From an uncultured Gemmatimonadales bacterium (GTDB taxonomy: Bacteria > Gemmatimonadota > Gemmatimonadetes > Longimicrobiales > RSA9): a DNA stretch of 64,000 nucleotides. Positions 1-8,068 of the stretch are shown one piece after another. How positions within the stretch are numbered: the first letter of the stretch is position 1; every line of letters starts with the position of its first letter. Under the pieces are notes generated by a model. The model saw only the letters and a list, made by a program, of their open reading frames with translations, did no database searches and was not told the origin of the DNA. The DNA is taken from NCBI GenBank assembly GCA_963798845.1, contig CAWCUS010000005.1, positions 224,001 to 288,000 of the forward strand. The letters are read 5' to 3'. A program made the position numbers and the translations under genes.

Positions 1-1935
1 CACGACGCCCCGGTCCGAGCCGTAGTCGCGGTAGACGCCGGCGACCGGAAAGGGCTCCAGTCCCGCGGGCGTTCGCAGGCGCACGGTGTCCCCCACTTCC
101 ACGCCGGCGTGGTACGCGAACGGCTCGGAGACCATGAGCACCCGCCCGGCCACGAAATCGCTCCAGAACGCGTTCACGTCACCGGCCAGAAACGTGAAGT
201 GGTACCTCAGCCGCGAGTCGTTCCCGATCGCCATCAGGTCCACCGGTCCCCGGGCACTCGCCACCTCTCCCCGTCGGTAGCGGCGCACTTCCGCCACGGC
301 GGGATCGGACACGATGGCGTGCACCGCGGCCAATGCGATGGCCACCGGAGCGCTTCCGCTCGGCTGCATCGGCGCCACGTAGACGTCCGCGGAGAGCGTC
401 CGATCGAGCCAGCGCACGACGCTCCCCCGGAAGCTCCCGATCATCACGGCCACGCCGATCGTGACCGACACCGCGATCGTGAGCGTCGCGACCGCCGGGC
501 CTGTCCGGCTGAGCCCCGCGATCACCCCGCCTGCCGCCATCCGCCCGAGCACGCCGAAAACCGCGCCCGCCGCCGGCTTCAGCGCCCGCATGAGCACGAC
601 CGTGGCCAGCGGGGTGAGAAGCGAGATCCCGATGATGACGCCGAACAGGCCCACGAAGCTGCCGTCCACGCCGCCGGACACCTTCAGCACGAGCCCGCCC
701 GCGGCGGCGAGCCCCAGCCCGGCGGCGGAAACGAGCGGGAGTCGCCGGCGAAGCCCGGTCTCCAGCTCGGACCTCAGGAGCGCGGCCCGGGGGTGCGTGG
801 TGGCGGCTTCGTACGCCGGTGGCAGCGCGGCCAGGAGGGTGCCGCCGATCCCGAGCCCGAGCGCCTTCGCCACCGTGATGGGCGAAACGATCAGCTCCCT
901 CACCGTGACCACGAAATAGAGGTCCTGGATGGTCCGGGTTACCAGGCGGAGCAGCCCCTCGGCCAGCAGGAAGCCGAGCCCCGTCCCCAGGACCACGCCG
1001 GCCACGGCCAGGAACGACGCCTCCGCCAGCACCAGGGCGAAGACCTGGCCGCGCGTGGCGCCGAGAGCGCGAAGCGTTCCCAGCAGCCTGCGTCGCTGCA
1101 CTACCGAGAACGTCACGCTGTTGTAGATGAGGAACAGGCCGAAGATCAGCGCCAGCAGGCTCAGCGCGCGCAGGTTGAGGTCGAACGCCCGCGTCATGTC
1201 CCGCAGCTGTCCGGCCGCAGCGCCCGACTGCCGGAGCTCGGCACCCCCGGGCAGCGCCGCCTCCACTCGCGCGGCGGCCGAATCACCGGACAGGATCAGG
1301 TCCACCCGGTCGAGCCCACGCCGCCGCAGCAGCGCTTCCGCCGTTCCCACGTCCAGCAGGAGGAGGTTCTCCAGGCCGAGACGGCTTGCTTCGTCCGCCG
1401 GCTCGAGCAGCGCGACAATGCGCACGCTGTCGCGCCGGCCGCCCACGTCGAGCGCCAGCCAGTCCCCCTCCCCTACCCCGAGCGACGCGGCGGTGCCGCG
1501 GCTCACCATCCCCGCTGACACGCCGATCAGCAGCGGCGCCGCCGGACGCTCCGCCTCGCCACCCGTGTATCGGCGGAACGGTGCTTCCGAAAACGGGTCC
1601 ACCCCCAGTACACGGAGCGCCTCCCCGGACGGGAGCGCGGCGACGTCTCCTTCCACCACCGGGGCCGCCGCGTCCACCCCGGGCACCGCGCGCAGCCGGG
1701 CGAAGGCGGTGTCCGGGATGCCGCCAGGACCGCCTACCGCCTGGTGAGTGGCACGCCCCGCCACGGTCTCGGCCGACAGCGTGAAGCCGCGGCGCGCGCT
1801 GGAGACCGCCATGTCCACCGACAGCACCACGGCCACGCCGAGCCCGACCCCGACGATCGAAAGCGCCGTCTGCCAACGGTGGTGCCAGAGGCCGCGCCCG
1901 CTCGACAGCCACAATGTGCTCAAGCCCGCCCTCAC
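1..1935 (-). CDS. FtsX-like ABC transporter permease (partial, runs off the left edge)
   Basis: Not in the ORF track because no stop lies in the window. GTG at 1935 overlaps the TGA of the ATPase gene. Manual translation [43 protein letters not shown]..., later [45 protein letters not shown], is typical of MacB/FtsX permeases. Confidence 0.88.
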   Translation of the reverse strand, partial: MRAGLSTLWLSSGRGLWHHRWQTALSIVGVGLGVAVVLSVDMAVSSARRGFTLSAETVAGRATHQAVGGPGGIPDTAFARLRAVPGVDAAAPVVEGDVAALPSGEALRVLGVDPFSEAPFRRYTGGEAERPAAPLLIGVSAGMVSRGTAASLGVGEGDWLALDVGGRRDSVRIVALLEPADEASRLGLENLLLLDVGTAEALLRRRGLDRVDLILSGDSAAARVEAALPGGAELRQSGAAAGQLRDMTRAFDLNLRALSLLALIFGLFLIYNSVTFSVVQRRRLLGTLRALGATRGQVFALVLAEASFLAVAGVVLGTGLGFLLAEGLLRLVTRTIQDLYFVVTVRELIVSPITVAKALGLGIGGTLLAALPPAYEAATTHPRAALLRSELETGLRRRLPLVSAAGLGLAAAGGLVLKVSGGVDGSFVGLFGVIIGISLLTPLATVVLMRALKPAAGAVFGVLGRMAAGGVIAGLSRTGPAVATLTIAVSVTIGVAVMIGSFRGSVVRWLDRTLSADVYVAPMQPSGSAPVAIALAAVHAIVSDPAVAEVRRYRRGEVASARGPVDLMAIGNDSRLRYHFTFLAGDVNAFWSDFVAGRVLMVSEPFAYHAGVEVGDTVRLRTPAGLEPFPVAGVYRDYGSDRGVV

Positions 1936-2600
1936 CGCTCGGCCAGCCGCCCGTCCCGGAGCACGAGCACCCGGTCCGCCAGAGGCACCGCCTCCTCGCT
2001 GTGCGTCACGATCAACACGGTCTTCCCCGCCGACCGCGCCAGCCGCTCCAGAAGCTCGAGCACCGTGCGCCCGGTCTCACGGTCCAGGTTCCCCGTCGGC
2101 TCGTCCGCCAGCACCACCGCCGGCCCGTGCGCCAGCGCCCGCGCCACCGCCACACGCTGCTGCTCACCACCCGACAAACGGTCCGGGAACACCCCCGCCC
2201 GGTCCGAGAGCCCCACCCGCGCAAGAAGCTCCCTCGCGCGCGCATGATCCGCGGCCGTGTCTCGCCCGCTCAGCTCCAGCGGCAGCAGCAGGTTCTCCTC
2301 CACTGTGAGCGTCGGAATCAGGTTGAAGAACTGGAAGATGAACCCGATCCGGTCTCGCCTGAACAGCGTCCGCTCCCGCTCCTTCATCGAGGCCAGCGAG
2401 ATCCCGTCGATGCGCACGTCTCCCGCCGTGGGCACATCAATGCCACTCACCAGGTTCAACAGCGTGCTCTTCCCCGATCCGCTCGGACCCAGCAGCACCA
2501 CGAGCTCGCCGTCCTCCACCCGCATCCCCAGGTCCCGGAAAACTACCCGCTCGCTTCCCGCCTCCGGGTAGACCTTGGTCAAGCCTTCGATCTCGATCAT
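1932..2600 (-). CDS. ABC transporter ATP-binding protein (LolD/MacB-like)
   Basis: Walker A GPSGSGKS, signature [10 protein letters not shown], Walker [12 protein letters not shown]-loop VTH. Confidence 0.96.
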   Translation of the reverse strand: MIEIEGLTKVYPEAGSERVVFRDLGMRVEDGELVVLLGPSGSGKSTLLNLVSGIDVPTAGDVRIDGISLASMKERERTLFRRDRIGFIFQFFNLIPTLTVEENLLLPLELSGRDTAADHARARELLARVGLSDRAGVFPDRLSGGEQQRVAVARALAHGPAVVLADEPTGNLDRETGRTVLELLERLARSAGKTVLIVTHSEEAVPLADRVLVLRDGRLAER

Positions 2601-2695
2601 AGCGGCGGGAAGATAACGGGGGAGGGGAAGAGACGATAAGGCGACCGGGCCATGCGGCGGCGCCGCGGAACACCGTGCCTGAGCCCGTCAACGGA

Positions 2696-2731
2696 AAGGG
2701 CGGGGAGCCAGCCTCCCGGCTCCCCGCCCTT
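2696..2731 (-). terminator. Probable intrinsic terminator hairpin
   Basis: 14-bp perfect stem AAGGGCGGGGAGCC/GGCTCCCCGCCCTT with an 8-nt loop, downstream of the small gene 2786-2989. The U tail is short. Confidence 0.6.
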
Positions 2732-2785
2732 CCCGGCGATCGGGCCCCCTGCACGCCCAGGCGCCATTCGACTCGAAGCGTCAGG

Positions 2786-2989
2786 TCACACCAGCAGGCG
2801 CTTCGTCAGCAGCGCGGCCACGGGCGCCACCAACAGGGCGCTCAACGCCAGCCCCGGCCGCGTGGTCACCAGCGCCTTCGCGCCCTTCGCGGCGATCAGC
2901 AGCTTCGCGCCTTTCACCGGGTGACGGACCATGTACGTCGCCTTCGGTGCCTTCGTGTAGCCGATCAAGGTCACGATCTTGCCAAGCAT
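2786..2989 (-). CDS. Small basic protein with hydrophobic C-terminus (67 aa)
   Basis: GGGAGG RBS close upstream of ATG at 2989. MLGKIVTLIGYTKAPKATY...; followed by a hairpin. Confidence 0.7.
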   Translation of the reverse strand: MLGKIVTLIGYTKAPKATYMVRHPVKGAKLLIAAKGAKALVTTRPGLALSALLVAPVAALLTKRLLV

Positions 2990-3070
2990 GTTTCCTCCCA
3001 CGGTTGCGGGGTCGAATTCCGGGTTCGCGTGCCCCCAAACGAGTGCAAGCTCCGTGCGAGGTAAAAGCGG

Positions 3071-3481
3071 CTAAAACCCCCACGCGCCTCGCGTTATCAG
3101 TTCAAGGCTGTTCCCGTCCGGATCCCGAAAATAGACCGAACCGCCGCCGTTCGGCCACGTCTGTTCCCGCTCGATCGCCACGCCCGCCATGCGCAGGTGG
3201 CGGCGCCACGCGTCCAGGGTCTCGGCGTCGGGGACATCCAGCGCGACGTGGCCGGGGCCCTCGGCGCCGTGGGGAGGGACGTCGCCGCCCGGCTCGGCCG
3301 TGGCGCGGGCGTCGAACAGGAGGAGGAGATCGCGACCAGCGCGGAAGAAGACGTGGCGTCCCGACTTGCGTCCGATGAGCTGGAGCCCGAGGCGTCGCCA
3401 GAAGCGCTCGGCGCGGGCCAGATCGTGGACGTAGAGGGCTGCCTCGTGGATGCCGCCGAGGGGTGGGTGGATCTCTGCCAT
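3071..3481 (-). CDS. VOC / glyoxalase family protein
   Basis: C-terminal part of ORF 3071-4051: IHEAALYVHDLARAERFW...GHVALDV...SVYFRDPDGNSLEL. ATG lies 2 nt after the upstream stop. Confidence 0.9.
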   Translation of the reverse strand: MAEIHPPLGGIHEAALYVHDLARAERFWRRLGLQLIGRKSGRHVFFRAGRDLLLLFDARATAEPGGDVPPHGAEGPGHVALDVPDAETLDAWRRHLRMAGVAIEREQTWPNGGGSVYFRDPDGNSLELITRGAWGF

Positions 3482-3483
3482 GG

Positions 3484-4422
3484 CTACACCACCGGTGTGA
3501 GGAGGGGCTCTCCGCGGACGCCGCGCAGCAGGTTCTGCCACGCGAGATCGAACATGGCCTGCCGTGTCTCGCGCGTGGCGCTGCCGACGTGCGGGAGGAG
3601 GACGACGTTGTCGAGCGTCAGGAGCGCCGGCGGGACGCGGGGCTCGTCGGCGTAGACGTCCAGGCCGGCGCGGAGGCGGCCGGCCGCGAGCTCGCGCACG
3701 AGGGCGTCCTCGGCCACGACGTCGCCGCGCGCCGTATTGACCAGGACGGCGCCGTCCCGGAGCGCGGCCAGCACGACGGCGTCGACGATGCCCCGGGTCT
3801 CCGGCGTCGACGCGAGGGTGACGGCGAGCACGTCGGCGCGTTCGGCCAGCTCCGTCAGCGCCGGGACCCACTCGGCCCGGATCTCCCTCTCCCAGTGCGG
3901 GCGACGGCTGCGTCCCCAGTAGGCGACGCGCATGCCGAATGCGCCGGCCCTGCGGCCTACCTCGCGGCCGATCCGCCCCGCACCAATGACGCCCAGCACC
4001 TTTCCGTCCAGTCCCGTTCCCATGAGCTGCGTCGGCCCCCAGCCGCCCCACGCACCCGACCGAACCAGCCGCTCCCCCTCCCCCACCCGCCGGACGACGG
4101 CCAGTATGAGCGCCCAGGTCAGCTCGGCGGTCGCACCTGTCAGTACGTCGGGCGTGTTGGACACGGCGATCCCGCGCATGCGAGCTGCGTCGGTGTCGAC
4201 GTTGTCGTAGCCGACGGCCATGTTCGCGATCACGCGCAGGTCGGGAAGCCGGTCCATCTCCGCGGACCCCAGTCGCCGGGTGAGCAGCGGCAGCACGCCC
4301 ACGTGCGGACCTCCGGCGGGGACCGGCTGCTCGGGCTCGAGCAGGTCGACCGCCACATCGTCGGGATGATCGTGGGCGGCGAGGAAGGTGGCCACTTCGG
4401 CCGAAACGAGGACCCGGCTCAC
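3484..4422 (-). CDS. D-isomer 2-hydroxyacid dehydrogenase (glyoxylate reductase / D-glycerate dehydrogenase-like)
   Basis: AVGYDNVD, NTPDVLT..TAEL, GAGRIG, NTARG, GLDVYADEP, LPHVGSAT. GTG overlaps the tadA stop. Confidence 0.92.
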   Translation of the reverse strand: MSRVLVSAEVATFLAAHDHPDDVAVDLLEPEQPVPAGGPHVGVLPLLTRRLGSAEMDRLPDLRVIANMAVGYDNVDTDAARMRGIAVSNTPDVLTGATAELTWALILAVVRRVGEGERLVRSGAWGGWGPTQLMGTGLDGKVLGVIGAGRIGREVGRRAGAFGMRVAYWGRSRRPHWEREIRAEWVPALTELAERADVLAVTLASTPETRGIVDAVVLAALRDGAVLVNTARGDVVAEDALVRELAAGRLRAGLDVYADEPRVPPALLTLDNVVLLPHVGSATRETRQAMFDLAWQNLLRGVRGEPLLTPVV

Positions 4423-4895
4423 CGGCGGGCGCGGAAGAAGGCGCGAAGCAGATCTCCGGCCTCGTCCTCGAGCACGCCGGTGGTCACGGCCACGTGGTGG
4501 TTGAGGCGAGGGTCCTGGGGGAGGGTGGCCAGGGAGCCGATCATTCCGGCCTTGGGATCGGCCGCGGCGTACACGACGCGACCGATCCGCGCGAGGACCA
4601 CGGCGCCGGCGCACATGGCGCAGGGCTCGAGCGTGACGTAGAGAGTCGCGTCGTTGAGCCACCAGTGACCGAGTCGGTCGGCGGCCCGACGCAGGGCGAG
4701 GATCTCGGCGTGCGCCGTCGGATCGTTGAGGGCGCGGGGCTGGTTGTAGGCTTCCGCCACCAGCTCCCCGCCGGCCACGACCACGGCGCCCACGGGCACC
4801 TCCTCCTCCTCGGCCGCCTTCCTGGCCTGCACGAGAGCCCGCCGCATCCAGCGCTCGTCATCAGGCTGCGGTGGGGTCGTGTCGAGCCCTTCCAT
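4419..4895 (-). CDS. tadA: tRNA adenosine(34) deaminase
   Basis: EVPVGAVVV, DPTAHAE, TLYVTLEPCAMCAGA, DPKAG, FFRARR. Confidence 0.93.
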   Translation of the reverse strand: MEGLDTTPPQPDDERWMRRALVQARKAAEEEEVPVGAVVVAGGELVAEAYNQPRALNDPTAHAEILALRRAADRLGHWWLNDATLYVTLEPCAMCAGAVVLARIGRVVYAAADPKAGMIGSLATLPQDPRLNHHVAVTTGVLEDEAGDLLRAFFRARR

Positions 4896-4896
4896 C

Positions 4897-5571
4897 TCAG
4901 CTGGCGAGAACGCTCTCGGGCAACGCCTTCTCGCGGGCGAGGCCGGCACGCGCGTCGGTCCGCAGGCGCCGGATCACGGCCACGACTCGGCCGAGCACGT
5001 CCACGCCGGTGCGGCGGTTGATGGCCACGGCTGCCGCCGCCGGTCCGGCCGCGGAGAGTATGGGGTCGCCCGACTCCCCGAGGTGGACCCGGCGCACCGT
5101 CGTCTCGCCGGCCACCCGGGCCACGACGATCTCGTTGTCGTCCAGACCTTCCACGGCCGCGGGCTCGACGAGGAGGAGGTCGCCGTCCCAGATCCCGGCC
5201 GCGCGCAGGCCGTCCCCGACCATGGAGATCATGAAGCTGGCGGAGGAGGCGGCGATCTTCCGGTCCAGGGTGAGGCTCTCGAGCGGCTCCTTGAGGGAGG
5301 GCTCGCGCAGGTACACGTCGATGTGCGGGATCGAGACCACGTCGGCCCCGAGATCGAGGCCCAGGAGGTGGACGCCGCGCGAGCGCGAGGAGTCCCGCTC
5401 GATCCACCCCTTGTCGGCCAGCGACTGGAGGAGCTCCGAGACGGACTTCGTGCTCTTGATGTCGAACGCCGCCCCGATGTCACGGATGGACGGCTGGTAT
5501 GTATGGCTGCGAACGTAGTCGACGAGGTAGTCGAGAACCTCGCGCTCGAGGCTGCTCAGAGCATCCGGCAT
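4897..5571 (-). CDS. lexA: LexA-family repressor with degenerate autoprotease domain
   Basis: N-terminal wHTH (QPSIRDIGAAFDIKS..SV...LQSLADKGWIERDSSRSRG) and S24-like C-terminus (GIWDGDLLLV, EIVVARVAGETTVRR, VLGRVVAVIR). Catalytic motifs are altered. Confidence 0.85.
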   Translation of the reverse strand: MPDALSSLEREVLDYLVDYVRSHTYQPSIRDIGAAFDIKSTKSVSELLQSLADKGWIERDSSRSRGVHLLGLDLGADVVSIPHIDVYLREPSLKEPLESLTLDRKIAASSASFMISMVGDGLRAAGIWDGDLLLVEPAAVEGLDDNEIVVARVAGETTVRRVHLGESGDPILSAAGPAAAAVAINRRTGVDVLGRVVAVIRRLRTDARAGLAREKALPESVLAS

Positions 5572-5573
5572 AG

Positions 5574-5646
5574 TTGCCCCTCCTGGGATCGAACCAGGAC
5601 TCTCCTGATCCAGAGTCAGGCGTGTTGCCGATTACACCAAGGGGCA
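5574..5646 (-). tRNA. tRNA-Gln (anticodon CTG), CCA not encoded
   Basis: Minus strand TGCCCCT...CCTGA-CT-CTG-GA-TCAGG...CCTGG-TTCGATC-CCAGG-AGGGGCA-A gives a full cloverleaf with a U1:A72 pair, followed by CTA rather than CCA. Confidence 0.97.
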
Positions 5647-5685
5647 GAGCACGCGCGCGGCTCCATCACCGAATCGCGGGAAGGG

Positions 5686-5714
5686 ATCGTAGAGACGGCC
5701 CGTCCAGGTGTCAA
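5686..5714 (-). promoter_or_regulatory. sigma70-type promoter for tRNA-Gln/lexA/tadA
   Basis: TTGACA (5714-5709, overlapping the gltX TGA), 17 nt spacer, TACGAT (5691-5686). Confidence 0.8.
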
Positions 5715-7174
5715 CCGGCCGAGGACAGCGCATCGAGGCGAGCCGCGGCAACGTCCAGTCGCGCCAGCGTCCTTTCACGGCCCATGACGACCAGGACCTC
5801 GAAGATCCCGGGGGAAACGGCCGCTCCCGTCACGGCCACGCGCACGGGGTGGATGAGCTTGCCGGCCCCGACCTCGAGATCCCCGGCGAGCTGGCGCAGC
5901 GCGTCCTCGAGCGGCTGCTCCTCCCAGAGGTCCAGGGCGGCATAGGCCTCAGCGAGCCGGCGCAGCCGCGCGGCCACATCGGCCGGCTCCCTGGCCCAGT
6001 GCTTCTGCACGGCGTCCTGCTCGTACGCGACCTCGTCGACGAAGTAGGGGCGCGCCTGCGCGATGATGTCGTCGATCGTGCGCGCCCGCGGCTTCAGGAG
6101 GTCGATGAGCGACAGGAGCCACGGCCGCCGCTGCGCCAGCTCTCCCGGCGCGGCGAGCCCGGCGGCCGCCAGGCGGTCGACGACCAGCGGCTCGAGCCGC
6201 TCCGCGCTGGCCGCGCTCAGGTACTGGCCGTTCAGCCACGCCAGCTTGTCCGTGTCGAACACAGCGCTCTTCTTGCCGATACCCTCAAGCGAGAAGCGGC
6301 CGGTCAGCTCTTCCAGCGACATGAGCTCGGTGTCGTCGCCCGGGGACCAGCCGAGGAGCGCCAGGAAGTTGACCATGGACTCCGGCAGGATCCCCTCCTC
6401 CCGGTACTGCCCCACGGCCGTGGCGCCGTGGCGCTTGCTCAGCCGCCTGCCATCACTCCCCAGGATCATCGGCACATGGGCGAACGTGGGGATCTGCCAG
6501 CCGAGGGCGTCGTAGAGGAGGATCTGCTTCGGCGTGTTGGACAGGTGGTCGTCGCCCCGGATCACGTGCGTGACACCCATGTCGTGGTCGTCGCTCACCA
6601 CGGCCATGTTGTAGACAGGCGTGCCATCGCTGCGCAGGACGATGAAATCCTCGATGTCGCCGTTGTCGAAGCGGGTATGCTCGTGCACGGCGTCGTGCCA
6701 CGCCGTTTCCCCCTCCGGCACTGCGAAGCGGACCGTGTACGGCTGGCCCGCCGCCGCCCTCCGCTCCGCTTCCTCCGGCGACACCGTGAGCAGGCAGCGC
6801 CGGTCGTACCGGTAGCCCTCCCCCTTCTCCTCCGCTGCTCGCCGCCGTTCGTCCAGCGATTCGGGGGTGCAGAAGCAACGGTAGGCGCGCCGATTCTCCA
6901 GCAGCCGAACCGCATCACGGCGGTGACGCTCGAGCCCGTCCGCCTGGTGGTGCGGTCCCTCGTCCCAGTCCAGGCCCAGCCACTCCATGCCGTCGAGGAT
7001 GGCCTGGGTCATGGCGTCGCTCGAGCGCTCGCGGTCGGTGTCCTCGATCCGCAGGATGAACGTCCCGGCGTGGCGCCGCGCGAACAGCCAGTTGAACAGC
7101 GCCGTGCGCGCGCCCCCCACGTGCAGGTACCCGGTCGGCGACGGCGCGAAACGCACCCGGACCTTCTCGCTCAC
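5711..7174 (-). CDS. gltX: Glutamate--tRNA ligase
   Basis: VRVRFAPSPTGYLHVGG (HIGH), LRIEDTD, HVIRGDDH, RLSKRHG (KMSKS), anticodon-binding domain. GTG start after a G-rich RBS. Confidence 0.97.
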   Translation of the reverse strand: MSEKVRVRFAPSPTGYLHVGGARTALFNWLFARRHAGTFILRIEDTDRERSSDAMTQAILDGMEWLGLDWDEGPHHQADGLERHRRDAVRLLENRRAYRCFCTPESLDERRRAAEEKGEGYRYDRRCLLTVSPEEAERRAAAGQPYTVRFAVPEGETAWHDAVHEHTRFDNGDIEDFIVLRSDGTPVYNMAVVSDDHDMGVTHVIRGDDHLSNTPKQILLYDALGWQIPTFAHVPMILGSDGRRLSKRHGATAVGQYREEGILPESMVNFLALLGWSPGDDTELMSLEELTGRFSLEGIGKKSAVFDTDKLAWLNGQYLSAASAERLEPLVVDRLAAAGLAAPGELAQRRPWLLSLIDLLKPRARTIDDIIAQARPYFVDEVAYEQDAVQKHWAREPADVAARLRRLAEAYAALDLWEEQPLEDALRQLAGDLEVGAGKLIHPVRVAVTGAAVSPGIFEVLVVMGRERTLARLDVAAARLDALSSAG

Positions 7175-7214
7175 CCCCCCTCCTCGCCCCTGCCCCGTTC
7201 CCACCGCTCCGCCA

Positions 7215-7997
7215 TCATTGGCCCCGACGACGTCGTTCGCGCCCCCGGCCCCGCTCCAGCCTCGCCTCGTGCCGCTCACGAACCCCCTCGACGCGCGCCT
7301 GGTGTCGGTCCACGTGACGCTGGAGCCGGTTCTCGTTGCGCGATACCGGGTCCTCCCGCGAGCCGCGCGTGTCGCCCCGCTCCCTCACCTTGATCGATAC
7401 GCCACCCATGAGGGCGAATCCGCTGATCCGGATCACGGGCGCGTCCGGCGGCGGATCGTTGTTCAGCTCCGACACCTGGTCGAACCCGCCCAGCAAAGCG
7501 AAGCCCTGTGTCTCCACGTGCACGTCGGGCGGTACGGTGATGTCCACGCCGCCCCAGAATGCGAAGCAGTTGATCTCCGTCACGCCCTGCCGAAGCACCG
7601 CATCCCGGAAGTCCAGCTCCACGCCCCCCATCACCGCCGCCACCATCATCTCCGACGGCGGCGCCCACCGGCCCGCCCGCCGCGTCCCGCCCATGATGGC
7701 GATGGCTACGTGCCCCGCTTCGTGGATCGCCTGCGTGGAGCGCGCCGGCGTGGAGCGCGCCGGCGGGTCCCGCTCCGGCGGCCGCTGTGCTTCCTCCCGC
7801 ACGGCCGGCGGCGACGGCGCCGGGGCGTTCAGGTCGGCCAGCAGCGCATCCAGCTGCTGTCGGCTTTGCGCCGTACGGGCACGCTCCAGCCGCCGCTCCA
7901 GCTCGCCCAGGGAAAGGGCGTCGTCGGCGAAGCGGCGGCAGAGCGCGTCGATCGTGTCCTCGCGCGCGGTCTGGAGCCCCGTCAGTCGATCGTTCAT
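7215..7997 (-). CDS. DUF1707 (SHOCT-like) plus LiaF/DUF2154-like protein
   Basis: N-terminal RE..IDAL...FADDALSLGELERRL...LDALLADL, followed by repeated MGG/WGG beta units (MGGVELDFR, FWGGVDITVP, ISGFALMGGV). Confidence 0.8.
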   Translation of the reverse strand: MNDRLTGLQTAREDTIDALCRRFADDALSLGELERRLERARTAQSRQQLDALLADLNAPAPSPPAVREEAQRPPERDPPARSTPARSTQAIHEAGHVAIAIMGGTRRAGRWAPPSEMMVAAVMGGVELDFRDAVLRQGVTEINCFAFWGGVDITVPPDVHVETQGFALLGGFDQVSELNNDPPPDAPVIRISGFALMGGVSIKVRERGDTRGSREDPVSRNENRLQRHVDRHQARVEGVRERHEARLERGRGRERRRRGQ

Positions 7998-8068
7998 GGT
8001 CAGCGCGATAAGATACCGGGTGCCGGGGGTCTTCCGCTAAGCCCTCGTCGGACTTCCCGGAGATCGAC

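Noticed and set aside
109..1518. 469-aa plus-strand ORF and the 1283-1912 minus ORF
   Set aside because: Shadow and off-frame ORFs of the FtsX permease, whose true frame starts at 1935 and has no stop in the window.
5574..5646. tRNA as an integration site of a prophage or island (lexA-like gene as phage repressor)
   Set aside because: No integrase, no duplicated tRNA 3' end noticed, and the flanking genes are housekeeping genes.
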